Part shown: piece by piece, positions 29,381-36,783 of the stretch
Numbering within the stretch: the stretch's first letter is position 1
How the letters are laid out: the number at the start of each line of letters is the position of its first letter
Assembly: GCA_964655765.1 (NCBI GenBank)
Contig: CAZZNI010000001.1
Span: forward strand, 1-63,769
Length of the DNA stretch: 63,769 nt
Source: an uncultured Gammaproteobacteria bacterium
GTDB taxonomy: Bacteria; Patescibacteriota; Microgenomatia; PFEM01; CAYPPS01
Reading direction: 5' to 3'
Made by a program: the position numbers and the translations under genes
The notes under the pieces: model-generated
What the model saw: the letters and a program-made list of their open reading frames with translations, nothing else
What the model was told of the DNA's origin: nothing
Database searches by the model: none

Positions 29381-30448
29381 ATGATTAGTAACGATATTGT
29401 TCAACTTCTACTAAAACCGCTTTTGCTTAGTTTCTTTTTAGCTTTATTAACCACCCCGTTAATAATTAAACTCTATCGCTCTTGGGGCTGGATTGAGGAC
29501 CCGAAAAAAACCAAACGGCTCAAAGACACTCACACTTCGCCTGTTCCCCGCGGCGGCGGCATCCCGATTTTTCTTGGCTTTGCTGTAACGGCAGTGGTAT
29601 TTCTACCATTAAATTTGCCCCTGATCGGCATTCTTTTAGGTGGATTATTAATAGTTATTATGGGCACCGCTGATGACCGCCTTGATATTAATCCATACTT
29701 AAGACTGATTGGCTGTTTGATCGCCGCCGGTTTAGTTGTTTTTAGCGGTAATTACATCAGTTTTTTAACCAATCCCTTTAATGGCCTACTAAATTTATCT
29801 TTTTTGCCTGGAAGCTTGTTGTCAATTTTTTGGATTGTCTTTTTAACCAATGCTTTAAACTGGGTTAAGGGTTTTGACGGTCAACAACCGGGGATTGTTG
29901 TTATTGCTGCCTTAACAATTGCCTTACTAGCCTGGCGTTTTTTACCCGATCAACAAATTCTACCGGTAATTATCCTTTCTTCAATTACCGCCGGCGCTTA
30001 TCTTGGGTTCCTGCCGTTCAATTTCTACCCTCAAAAAATAATGCCTGGTTATGGTGCTGGTGCTCTGGCCGGCTTTTTACTGGCCAGCTTATCGATTCTT
30101 TCCACTACTAAATTAGGAACGGCCCTAGTTGTCCTCGGCCTACCTATCGCTGACGCGTTTATTGCCATTACCAGAAGACTACTGTCCGGTAAATCACCTT
30201 TCTGGGGCGACCGGCAACACCTCCACCACCATCTTTTAGACAAATGGCGCTGGAGTAAAACCAAAACCGCCTTTTTTTATTGGGGGGTTACCGCTTTGCT
30301 CGGCTTGCTGGCGCTTAATTTGAAAGCCGAGGCAAAATTCTATACAATAATCATGCTGGTTCTAGTCGTCGGACTATTGTTTTTATGGTTCAAATACTTT
30401 TCTATCTGGCTCGGTCAATCCGGCCAAGACAAGCCCTCAAAAACTTAA
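29381..30448 (+). CDS. Polyprenyl-phosphate N-acetylhexosamine-1-phosphate transferase (MraY/WecA family)
   Basis: Polytopic, with GTADDRLDINPYLRL, NALNWVKGFDGQ and DRQHLHHHL, which are the glycosyltransferase family 4 signatures. Confidence 0.8.
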   Translation: MISNDIVQLLLKPLLLSFFLALLTTPLIIKLYRSWGWIEDPKKTKRLKDTHTSPVPRGGGIPIFLGFAVTAVVFLPLNLPLIGILLGGLLIVIMGTADDRLDINPYLRLIGCLIAAGLVVFSGNYISFLTNPFNGLLNLSFLPGSLLSIFWIVFLTNALNWVKGFDGQQPGIVVIAALTIALLAWRFLPDQQILPVIILSSITAGAYLGFLPFNFYPQKIMPGYGAGALAGFLLASLSILSTTKLGTALVVLGLPIADAFIAITRRLLSGKSPFWGDRQHLHHHLLDKWRWSKTKTAFFYWGVTALLGLLALNLKAEAKFYTIIMLVLVVGLLFLWFKYFSIWLGQSGQDKPSKT

Positions 30449-31329
30449 GTTTACTGGCGCCGTTAATTTTCACTGGCCAACTGTTCGTAACAGGCAAATT
30501 TTCCACTGTCATTTGGGCAATTATTCTTTTTACCTTGCTAACTTCAGCAGTTTATTTACTGAACGACATCGCCGATTTAAGCCGTGATCGACTTCACCCG
30601 ATTAAGAAAAACCGACCGATCGCCGCCGGTAAACTACCAGTTCCGATTGCTCTCTTTGCCGCCATTATTAGCGTTGTCATCTCACTGGCTTTTGGTTACT
30701 CGCTCGGTTTTTTCTTCTTTTTAATCCAGCTAGCCTATTTAACCTTGCAAATTTCCTACACTTTAAGCTTAAAAAAATTAATCATTGTTGATATTTTGTC
30801 AATCGCCGCCGGTTTTATACTGCGAGTTTACGCCGGTTCACTGGTAATCAACGCCCATATGAGCGTTTGGTTTCTGCTTTGTACTGTATCACTGGCACTT
30901 TTTTTGGCAGTTGGTAAACGACGGGCCGAACTAACTATCGTTGGCCCAGAAAAAACCACTAGAAAAACATTGGACAGCTATAACCTTAATTTACTTGATT
31001 CCTACTTGGCGATCTTTGCTACTTCAGCTTGGCTGTCTTATGCCTTATTCACCTTTTTTAATCCACCGCCGGTGGCTAATTATTCAATTCCTTTTTTAGC
31101 TAAATTGCCGGCAACGCTGGCGGGGATTAACAAGTGGCTAATGATTACTATCCCATTGGTTTTATATGGATTGATGCGCTACATCAATATTGTCTACACA
31201 GCAGGAATCAAGGCTGAAGCGCCGGAACGGGTTCTCTTAAACGACAAACCACTGCTAATTACCGTTATTTTGTGGGGCGGTTTAGTGGTACTAATTCTTT
31301 ACGGTCTTTCTCCGGCCGTCCTCAATTAA
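30385..31329 (+). CDS. UbiA-family prenyltransferase, decaprenyl-phosphate phosphoribosyltransferase-like
   Basis: SIRPRQALKNLSLLAPLIF and LNDIADLSRDRLHPIKKNRPIAAG motifs with 8-9 TM segments. It overlaps the upstream gene by 64 nt. Confidence 0.8.
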   Translation: MVQILFYLARSIRPRQALKNLSLLAPLIFTGQLFVTGKFSTVIWAIILFTLLTSAVYLLNDIADLSRDRLHPIKKNRPIAAGKLPVPIALFAAIISVVISLAFGYSLGFFFFLIQLAYLTLQISYTLSLKKLIIVDILSIAAGFILRVYAGSLVINAHMSVWFLLCTVSLALFLAVGKRRAELTIVGPEKTTRKTLDSYNLNLLDSYLAIFATSAWLSYALFTFFNPPPVANYSIPFLAKLPATLAGINKWLMITIPLVLYGLMRYINIVYTAGIKAEAPERVLLNDKPLLITVILWGGLVVLILYGLSPAVLN

Positions 31330-32236
31330 CCAAAGTTGCCCAATCGCCGCTGATCCAACCCGACTCACCGTTAAAATCAATTTTGTACCAACCATTTTCT
31401 TCTTCACTTAGATAGGGGTAAGTTTCCCCTGGTTTGGCCCGGCCTGATTCAGACGCAGTCGTTGACGGCTCACTCCTAACTCGCAGCCAACCGGTTGGTG
31501 TTTCCTTAATCTCCACATACGGCTTTTGTTTAGTTTGGCTCGAATCAACCGGCTCATCCGAATTGGTTTTTGTGTCAGCTGATTGACTGGCCTGGCTTTC
31601 TTGCCCTAATACTTCCTCCTCATCCAAGCTGGATTGCTCGACAAAACCGTCTAATTCCTGAGCCAGCTTCACTTCAATCATTAGTTTATATCCAGCAAGA
31701 AGCTTAGCATCGCCAATCACTCGTTCTTCATAACCTGGACTGCTGACCACAATCTCATAAGTTGCCGGAGTTAGGTTATCGAGCGTTAACGGAGTAAAGC
31801 CGCGAGGTTCATTGTTAATCTTAACGACCGCCTGATCGGGGGTAGAAATAACTGACAAGGCAGCTGTTTCCCGGCTGGCAATCTTTTCCAGAGAAACCAC
31901 CTGACCTGATTCACGACTGGGATCCTTAGCAAAACGATGATTAATCATTGTCCGTGCCAATGAAGTTAGATTGATTCTTTTTTCCCAAACAACAAAGTCG
32001 CTCTCGCTTCCTTCGGGAACAATTTTAATAACATGCTCACCAGCTTGAAGGTTGTCTTTAACAAAAGGGGTAACACCAACCTGACTACCATCAATGAAAA
32101 CGGTCGCTCTCGGTTCAGTCTCTATTTTTAAAGCCGCTGCGGCCGGGCCGGAAAAAAACTTTTGCTTGACAACTAGCCCAACTAAACCCAAGGACAACAA
32201 CACAATCAATCCCAATAACCAATTTCTTTTAATCAT
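31322..32236 (-). CDS. PEGA-domain / SH3-like-domain envelope protein
   Basis: TM anchor, two PEGA-like repeats (VFIDGSQVGVTPF..., VKINNEPRGFTPL...GYE), and a C-terminal SH3b-like WLRVRSEPS...GWYKI. I chose the start MIKRNW (ATG 32236), because the longer ORF runs through the tRNA. Confidence 0.65.
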   Translation of the reverse strand: MIKRNWLLGLIVLLSLGLVGLVVKQKFFSGPAAAALKIETEPRATVFIDGSQVGVTPFVKDNLQAGEHVIKIVPEGSESDFVVWEKRINLTSLARTMINHRFAKDPSRESGQVVSLEKIASRETAALSVISTPDQAVVKINNEPRGFTPLTLDNLTPATYEIVVSSPGYEERVIGDAKLLAGYKLMIEVKLAQELDGFVEQSSLDEEEVLGQESQASQSADTKTNSDEPVDSSQTKQKPYVEIKETPTGWLRVRSEPSTTASESGRAKPGETYPYLSEEENGWYKIDFNGESGWISGDWATLVN

Positions 32237-32310
32237 GGAGGTCCAGGCGGGAGTCGAACCCGCGTATAACGGTTTTGCAGACCGTCGCCTTACCACTTGG
32301 CTACTGGACC
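32236..32310 (-). tRNA. tRNA-Cys (GCA), with the CCA end encoded
   Basis: The reverse complement is GGTCCAGTAGCCAAGTGGTAAGGCGACGGTCTGCAAAACCGTTATACGCGGGTTCGACTCCCGCCTGGACCTCCA. It has a 7-bp acceptor stem, anticodon loop CT-GCA-AA, a GGTTCGA T-loop and a 3' CCA. Confidence 0.9.
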
Positions 32311-32413
32311 GATTGCCTTAATAAGCAGTTTTGTATTATCTCATGGCCAAATTTAATTGTAAAGAAAAAATAGCTTAAAAGTTGCCTTTTTATGCTATAA
32401 TACTAGTAGTTGT

Positions 32414-32438
32414 AATCCTCCTATTGGGAGGATTTTTT
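32414..32438 (+). promoter_or_regulatory. Terminator-like hairpin plus T-run in the leader of the M23 peptidase gene
   Basis: AATCCTCC (32414-21), loop TATTG, GGAGGATT (32427-34), then TTTT. It is preceded by an extended -10 TGCTATAAT (32393-32401). Confidence 0.35.
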
Positions 32439-32461
32439 GTGGCCTAAAAACCACTAAAAAG

Positions 32462-33058
32462 ATGTTTAAGAAACTGAAACAACAACTGACAGACAAACGA
32501 TTCCGGGGCCACCCGGTAAGTCGATTTTTGCGGCCCTTGTTTGAAAAAAGAGGCTTACGAGTTTTTTTGGGCTTAAAACTAGCCATTATTATCGCCTTAA
32601 CCGCTTTTAGCCTACCGGCCTACCAGGTTTTCGGTTATAACCAGGAAGAAGAGTTAACAATTTTACGAACCAAGTTAACTAAAATTGCCACCGAAGTTTC
32701 GGTTCGACTACCATTGGAAAGCCAAGTCGTTTCCCAAGGTTACCACGCTTTTCATCGAGCAGTCGACTTTAACGGCCAAACAGGTGACAGTATTTACCCG
32801 ATTATGAACGGTACCGTTGAAAGTATCGATTACAGCCGATTTTCTTACGGTAACCATGTTGTTATTAATCACGGCTCAGGTATTCGTTCACTTTATGCTC
32901 ACTTGAGCAAAATAAATGTCGAAGTCGGCCAGACAGTGGATAAAAATACAATTATCGGCCTAGTTGGCTCAACTGGCTTTTCTACCGGTTCCCATCTTCA
33001 CTTGGAAGTTTCCGATCACAACCGGAATTTCAATCCGTTCTCAATTTTGCCGCTTTAA
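32462..33058 (+). CDS. M23-family (LytM-type) metallopeptidase
   Basis: HRAVDF and GSTGFSTGSHLHLEV zinc-ligand motifs, plus an N-terminal TM. Confidence 0.85.
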   Translation: MFKKLKQQLTDKRFRGHPVSRFLRPLFEKRGLRVFLGLKLAIIIALTAFSLPAYQVFGYNQEEELTILRTKLTKIATEVSVRLPLESQVVSQGYHAFHRAVDFNGQTGDSIYPIMNGTVESIDYSRFSYGNHVVINHGSGIRSLYAHLSKINVEVGQTVDKNTIIGLVGSTGFSTGSHLHLEVSDHNRNFNPFSILPL

Positions 33059-33090
33059 AAAGCTTGCAATTTATTTTCCTTTAGTTAATA

Positions 33091-33738
33091 ATGATTAGAG
33101 TTATGAGCAGAATTCTGCCGCGAGCTTTAATTGTTGCAACCGTTTTTTTATTGATCAGCTCCAGCCAAGCGCTGGCAGCTTCTTTGAGTTTGTCACCAGC
33201 GAGCAAGTCGGTAGAAAACGGCGATAGTTTTGCTGTCAATGTTGTTCTGGACACTGATGCCGATAGTGTTGACGCAGTGGACATCATTCTCAATTTTGAC
33301 AGTGACAAATTAGAATACAGTTCCGCCAGCTATAGTACTCTTTTTACCAACACCATCACTCCGTCAGTCAGCGGCGAACAGATCATTTTACGAGCAACTT
33401 CACCAACTGCCGTTACTCAAGGCGGCACCTTTGCCACCATAACCTTTCAAGCTACTGGTACCGGAACGGCCCCGGTTAACTTTGATTTTACCAGCGGCGA
33501 CACCACCGACAGCAATGTCGCCTATCAGGGTGAGGATTTACTCGCCTCTACCAGCAACGGCAGTTATACTATTATTGCCTTAGGGCTAGGCAGTGATGCT
33601 TCCAGTAGTCCAACCCCAACTCCAACGACAGTTAGCGAAGCAATGCCGGAAACTGGTGTGTTAACACCAACCTTGATTGTTTTGCTGGTCGGGGTTAGCC
33701 TGATCGGCCTGCCGCTAGTCTGGACAATAAGAAGATAA
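33091..33738 (+). CDS. Cohesin-like-domain surface protein with an MPETG sortase-type sorting signal
   Basis: Signal peptide, then a cohesin-type block (LSLSPASKSVENGDSFAVNVVLDTDADSVDAVDIILNFDSDKLEY), a PTPTP linker, and MPETG + hydrophobic + RR. Confidence 0.6.
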   Translation: MIRVMSRILPRALIVATVFLLISSSQALAASLSLSPASKSVENGDSFAVNVVLDTDADSVDAVDIILNFDSDKLEYSSASYSTLFTNTITPSVSGEQIILRATSPTAVTQGGTFATITFQATGTGTAPVNFDFTSGDTTDSNVAYQGEDLLASTSNGSYTIIALGLGSDASSSPTPTPTTVSEAMPETGVLTPTLIVLLVGVSLIGLPLVWTIRR

Positions 33739-33751
33739 GCTTTTTATTGTT

Positions 33752-34315
33752 ATGGAAGAAATCAGTATCAGTAGTCATCAATATGATTCTCGTCGGGCGC
33801 TAACTAAGCTTGGCTTGGTTGTCATCATTGTTATAACCCTGGGACTGGGAGTCTATTTTGCCATTTCGCAAATCACCTTGCAAAACAAGTTAGCCGAAAT
33901 AAACAACCAGCAACTATTACTTTCAATTCCTTTAACTTCAGCCCAATGGAGCGGTCTAGGTTCCGTTCCTGAGCCAAAAGTAAAGCTAGACTTAAGAGTT
34001 GATACCGGTTACCAACCAATCACCTTCCTGCTCGACTCGGGCGCCGTCGTTTCTTCACTACCACGGGAACTGGCCGAACCAATGGGCAAAGACCTGGCTT
34101 TCTTAAAACGAACCACTTTTAAAGGTTTTGGCAATCAGACTAGTTTCGCTTATCATTCAGAAATGACCCTTAAAGTTGGTGAGGCAGAAATGATTTTACC
34201 GGTAGTTTTTACTGAAAACGCCCAAACCCAGGCTTTACTGGGGAGACAAGGGTTTTTTGATAATTATTCAATTACTTTTAATCATATTTTAAAAACAATT
34301 GAGATTCGAAAATAA
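33752..34315 (+). CDS. Membrane-anchored retropepsin-like aspartic protease
   Basis: N-terminal TM and an FLLDSGAVVSSLP (D-S/T-G-A) active-site motif. Confidence 0.6.
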   Translation: MEEISISSHQYDSRRALTKLGLVVIIVITLGLGVYFAISQITLQNKLAEINNQQLLLSIPLTSAQWSGLGSVPEPKVKLDLRVDTGYQPITFLLDSGAVVSSLPRELAEPMGKDLAFLKRTTFKGFGNQTSFAYHSEMTLKVGEAEMILPVVFTENAQTQALLGRQGFFDNYSITFNHILKTIEIRK

Positions 34316-34339
34316 ATTAAAAACGGTTAAAATAAAAAT

Positions 34340-35038
34340 ATGTCACTTTTAAAAACTCTGGACAAATTATCTTTTAAAAAAATTCTCTCTTTTGCCGTTA
34401 TTTTCGGCATCACTCTTTCTATTCCCACCACTTTGTTGTTATTAGACCAACAAACACGGTTATCATCACAAGCAAAGATTGAAAAACCACCGGTGGTAAT
34501 GATTGAAAAGCAAGATTACGGTCCACCACCGCTGGCACCCATTGAGGTGGAACGAGTTTATCCCTTCTTGGGTAAAGCTGGTGATGAAGTGGTTTTGTTG
34601 GGAAAAAACTTTGGTCTTAACCCTAAAGACAAATTTCTTTCTCTAAACGATATCGCTATTGAGGAGGAAAAAATTGATGTCTGGCAAGATAACATGATCA
34701 CCTTTTTTCTACCGGAAGGAGCAGTTTCAGGACTGATCAATATTAGAGCCGGTAGTTTTTCTTGGACTTCTCCTCGGCCTTTTGTTGTCTATAATCAAAA
34801 AACCGTTACCAAGGTGCAAAAAAATGGCCAAACACTGGCGATTGTTTCACCTGTTGATATTGCCAGCGTCGAATACAAATTAGTTGGCCAAAATGAAACG
34901 AAAACCGTCAAGGTTGAAATGGAAAGTCAAATTTTTAGCTTTGTCACTGAAACAGGGGAAATCGACTATCTGCTACTTTTTAACAGCAACCAACAGCTTG
35001 TGCCTTTTTATGTCAACCCGATTGAATTTGATTTTTAA
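34340..35038 (+). CDS. IPT/TIG-domain surface protein
   Basis: TM anchor, then VYPFLGKAGDEVVLLGKNFG, which is typical of an IPT/TIG Ig-like fold. Confidence 0.45.
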   Translation: MSLLKTLDKLSFKKILSFAVIFGITLSIPTTLLLLDQQTRLSSQAKIEKPPVVMIEKQDYGPPPLAPIEVERVYPFLGKAGDEVVLLGKNFGLNPKDKFLSLNDIAIEEEKIDVWQDNMITFFLPEGAVSGLINIRAGSFSWTSPRPFVVYNQKTVTKVQKNGQTLAIVSPVDIASVEYKLVGQNETKTVKVEMESQIFSFVTETGEIDYLLLFNSNQQLVPFYVNPIEFDF

Positions 35039-35165
35039 GAAATGAATATTAACAGAGTTCCATTAAACACCAAAAGGCAGTTTTTTGTTCCCAAATCTGG
35101 TCCCGGCAAGAAACCGTGGGAAAAAATCAATTGGCCAAAAATGAATAAACAAACGAAAGCCGGTT

Positions 35166-35618
35166 TTACGACCGGGGTTCAGTCATCGCCTGCCAAAACT
35201 CAGACAAAGAACCGGGCATAATTGAAGATTGCCTTAATTGCCGCTTTAGTCCGCCAAAAATTTCCCCCAAGTCTGCTATTTCTGCTTGCCTTTTTTCCTT
35301 CGATTGCTCGTAGTTCCTGCTGATAAGAACTGCCCAGCCATTAAAAAGCCGTTGATTCAACTCGTCAACAAAGGCACCTTTTTCAATTGCACCGGTAGTA
35401 TGGGCAAGAGTCAAGCGTAAAAACTGCATTAAACCCCGAGCGCGGGTTAATCCCGGCTGATTTGCCAAGATCGGCGCCTGCTCTCTACCGCTCAAAAAAA
35501 TCGCCGAATACAAAAGTGCTCTGTAACGTTCATTGCCGATCATTGCCGCCACTGCCGGGCCGGCGCCTTGATGCTGCGAGCGAATCTGTGACAAAGCCAA
35601 AGCTTGCCGAACAGACAT
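35166..35618 (-). CDS. Hypothetical protein, with a weak lytic-transglycosylase-like motif
   Basis: 150-aa ORF in a locally GC-richer patch. ARGLMQF resembles the SLT GLMQ motif, but no clear catalytic ES pair is present. Coding status is uncertain. Confidence 0.3.
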   Translation of the reverse strand: MSVRQALALSQIRSQHQGAGPAVAAMIGNERYRALLYSAIFLSGREQAPILANQPGLTRARGLMQFLRLTLAHTTGAIEKGAFVDELNQRLFNGWAVLISRNYEQSKEKRQAEIADLGEIFGGLKRQLRQSSIMPGSLSEFWQAMTEPRS

Positions 35619-35665
35619 CTCCAGATTCCGCGGCGCTTCACCGCTGTTGTCAACTGTTTGAATAT

Positions 35666-35722
35666 TGAAGGGGCTGGCTGATTCTTTTCTTCTTGGGGCA
35701 AATCAGCCACTAGACACTCAGT
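35666..35722 (-). pseudogene. Diverged orphan copy of the groEL 3' end (encodes TECLVADLPQEEKNQPAPS)
   Basis: The sense strand is actgagtgtctagtggctgatttgccccaagaagaaaagaatcagccagccccttca. It matches groEL 41299-41355 at 43/57 nt (hand count) and 16/19 aa. No GroEL homology is visible on either flank. Confidence 0.7.
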
Positions 35723-35832
35723 TTTATTCCCAAGACAAATAAAAATTTCTGGCTGCAAAGAGAAAAGCAAGCGAAAAAAACGGAGTTAAAAGTAGCCAGG
35801 GAAAACAAAAACTAAACGAAAACGGTAATTCT

Positions 35833-36405
35833 TCACCGCACACTTCTGATAATATCTAAAAAAATTCCCTCGTATCCCGATTCCGGTTTTAGATCGTATT
35901 TAGTAAAAAACATCTGGAAAATGTACAGCTTTTCATTTTTAACCGCATAGACGAAATTGCCCCGCCGCTGCCATTTTATATTCCCCGCACTTATCGTTTC
36001 TCCCTGTTTTTGACCGAAAGCATTTTGAGCTATAAACTGATCAAAAGAATATTGCCGAGCATCGTAACACAAAAACGAAAAAATTGAACTTTTAGGCGGG
36101 GAATTACCCTTAGCCGGCTCATTAAAAGTAGTTTGCGATAACGGCGGTTGAGGCAGAGTCAATTTAACATCCGACACTTGCCAATTTTGGGGATAGTCAA
36201 AAGAAATACTACAAACCTTATCAGCGTACTTTCCTTTTGAGGCAAATTTCTGGCTAGAGTCCAAGCCGTCGCTCAAAAGAGCATTTACATCTTCTCGTTC
36301 TTTTGCGGGTTGTTTTATTAAAAGCAGAACAATAGGGAACAATAGGACAGCAACTATTGTCCCGACAACTATCATTGATCGGTTTTCGCCAGACTTTTTT
36401 GCCAT
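35833..36405 (-). CDS. Membrane-anchored hypothetical protein
   Basis: 190 aa with an N-terminal TM (IVVGTIVAVLLFPIVLLLI). No recognisable family. Confidence 0.45.
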   Translation of the reverse strand: MAKKSGENRSMIVVGTIVAVLLFPIVLLLIKQPAKEREDVNALLSDGLDSSQKFASKGKYADKVCSISFDYPQNWQVSDVKLTLPQPPLSQTTFNEPAKGNSPPKSSIFSFLCYDARQYSFDQFIAQNAFGQKQGETISAGNIKWQRRGNFVYAVKNEKLYIFQMFFTKYDLKPESGYEGIFLDIIRSVR

Positions 36406-36459
36406 CGGTTTATTCTAGCATTTTTTACCAAGCAGTCTGTTACACTAGAACTGTGTTTT

Positions 36460-36600
36460 AAACTTACGCCTTTCTACGGGGCGCCAATTGGAATAACAGT
36501 TCCAATGCCGGGGTCTTCGCTCTCAATTTGAACAATGCTCCGAGCAACTCAGGGAACAACAATATTGGCTTCCGGTGCGCCGTTGCCCCGTAAGTAATTA
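36460..36600 (+). repeat. DGR template repeat (TR)
   Basis: 141 nt, matching the reverse complement of 38327-38466. In frame it reads TYAFLRGANWNNSSNAGVFALNLNNAPSNSGNNNIGFRCAVAP* with 11 AAY codons. It lies 184 nt upstream of the RT ATG on the same strand and is not part of any long ORF. Confidence 0.92.
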
Positions 36601-36783
36601 GCCTGGCAAGGTGAGATTTGCAATAAAATGTTTCTCGCATTTTTGCAACGGGACCGTAAACAAATTAATTACAGGTTTAAAACATATCTCGCCGGCGCTT
36701 TGCCGATGGATAAAGAAAGCGGAGAGGGCGGTTGTTGAACTGGTTTGGGCCAAAAGAACCGCCTTCTTTGCAATTACCACAAA

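Noticed and set aside
32094-32321. A 75-aa + strand ORF, and the long N-terminal extension of the PEGA ORF, both crossing 32236-32310.
   Set aside because: Both translate through a well-formed tRNA-Cys gene.
35042-35221. An unlisted 59-aa basic ORF on the + strand (MNINRVPLNTKRQFFVPKSGPGKKPWEKINW...).
   Set aside because: It is below any useful length, has no recognisable family or ribosome-binding site, and overlaps the 3' end of the opposite-strand ORF. Not supportable from sequence alone.
36745-36783. The TTG-initiated N-terminal extension of the RT ORF (MGQKNRLLCNYHK...).
   Set aside because: The conserved RT N-terminus begins at MYARIISFKNLL (ATG 36784). The extension would run into the TR-RT spacer, which is expected to be non-coding structured RNA.
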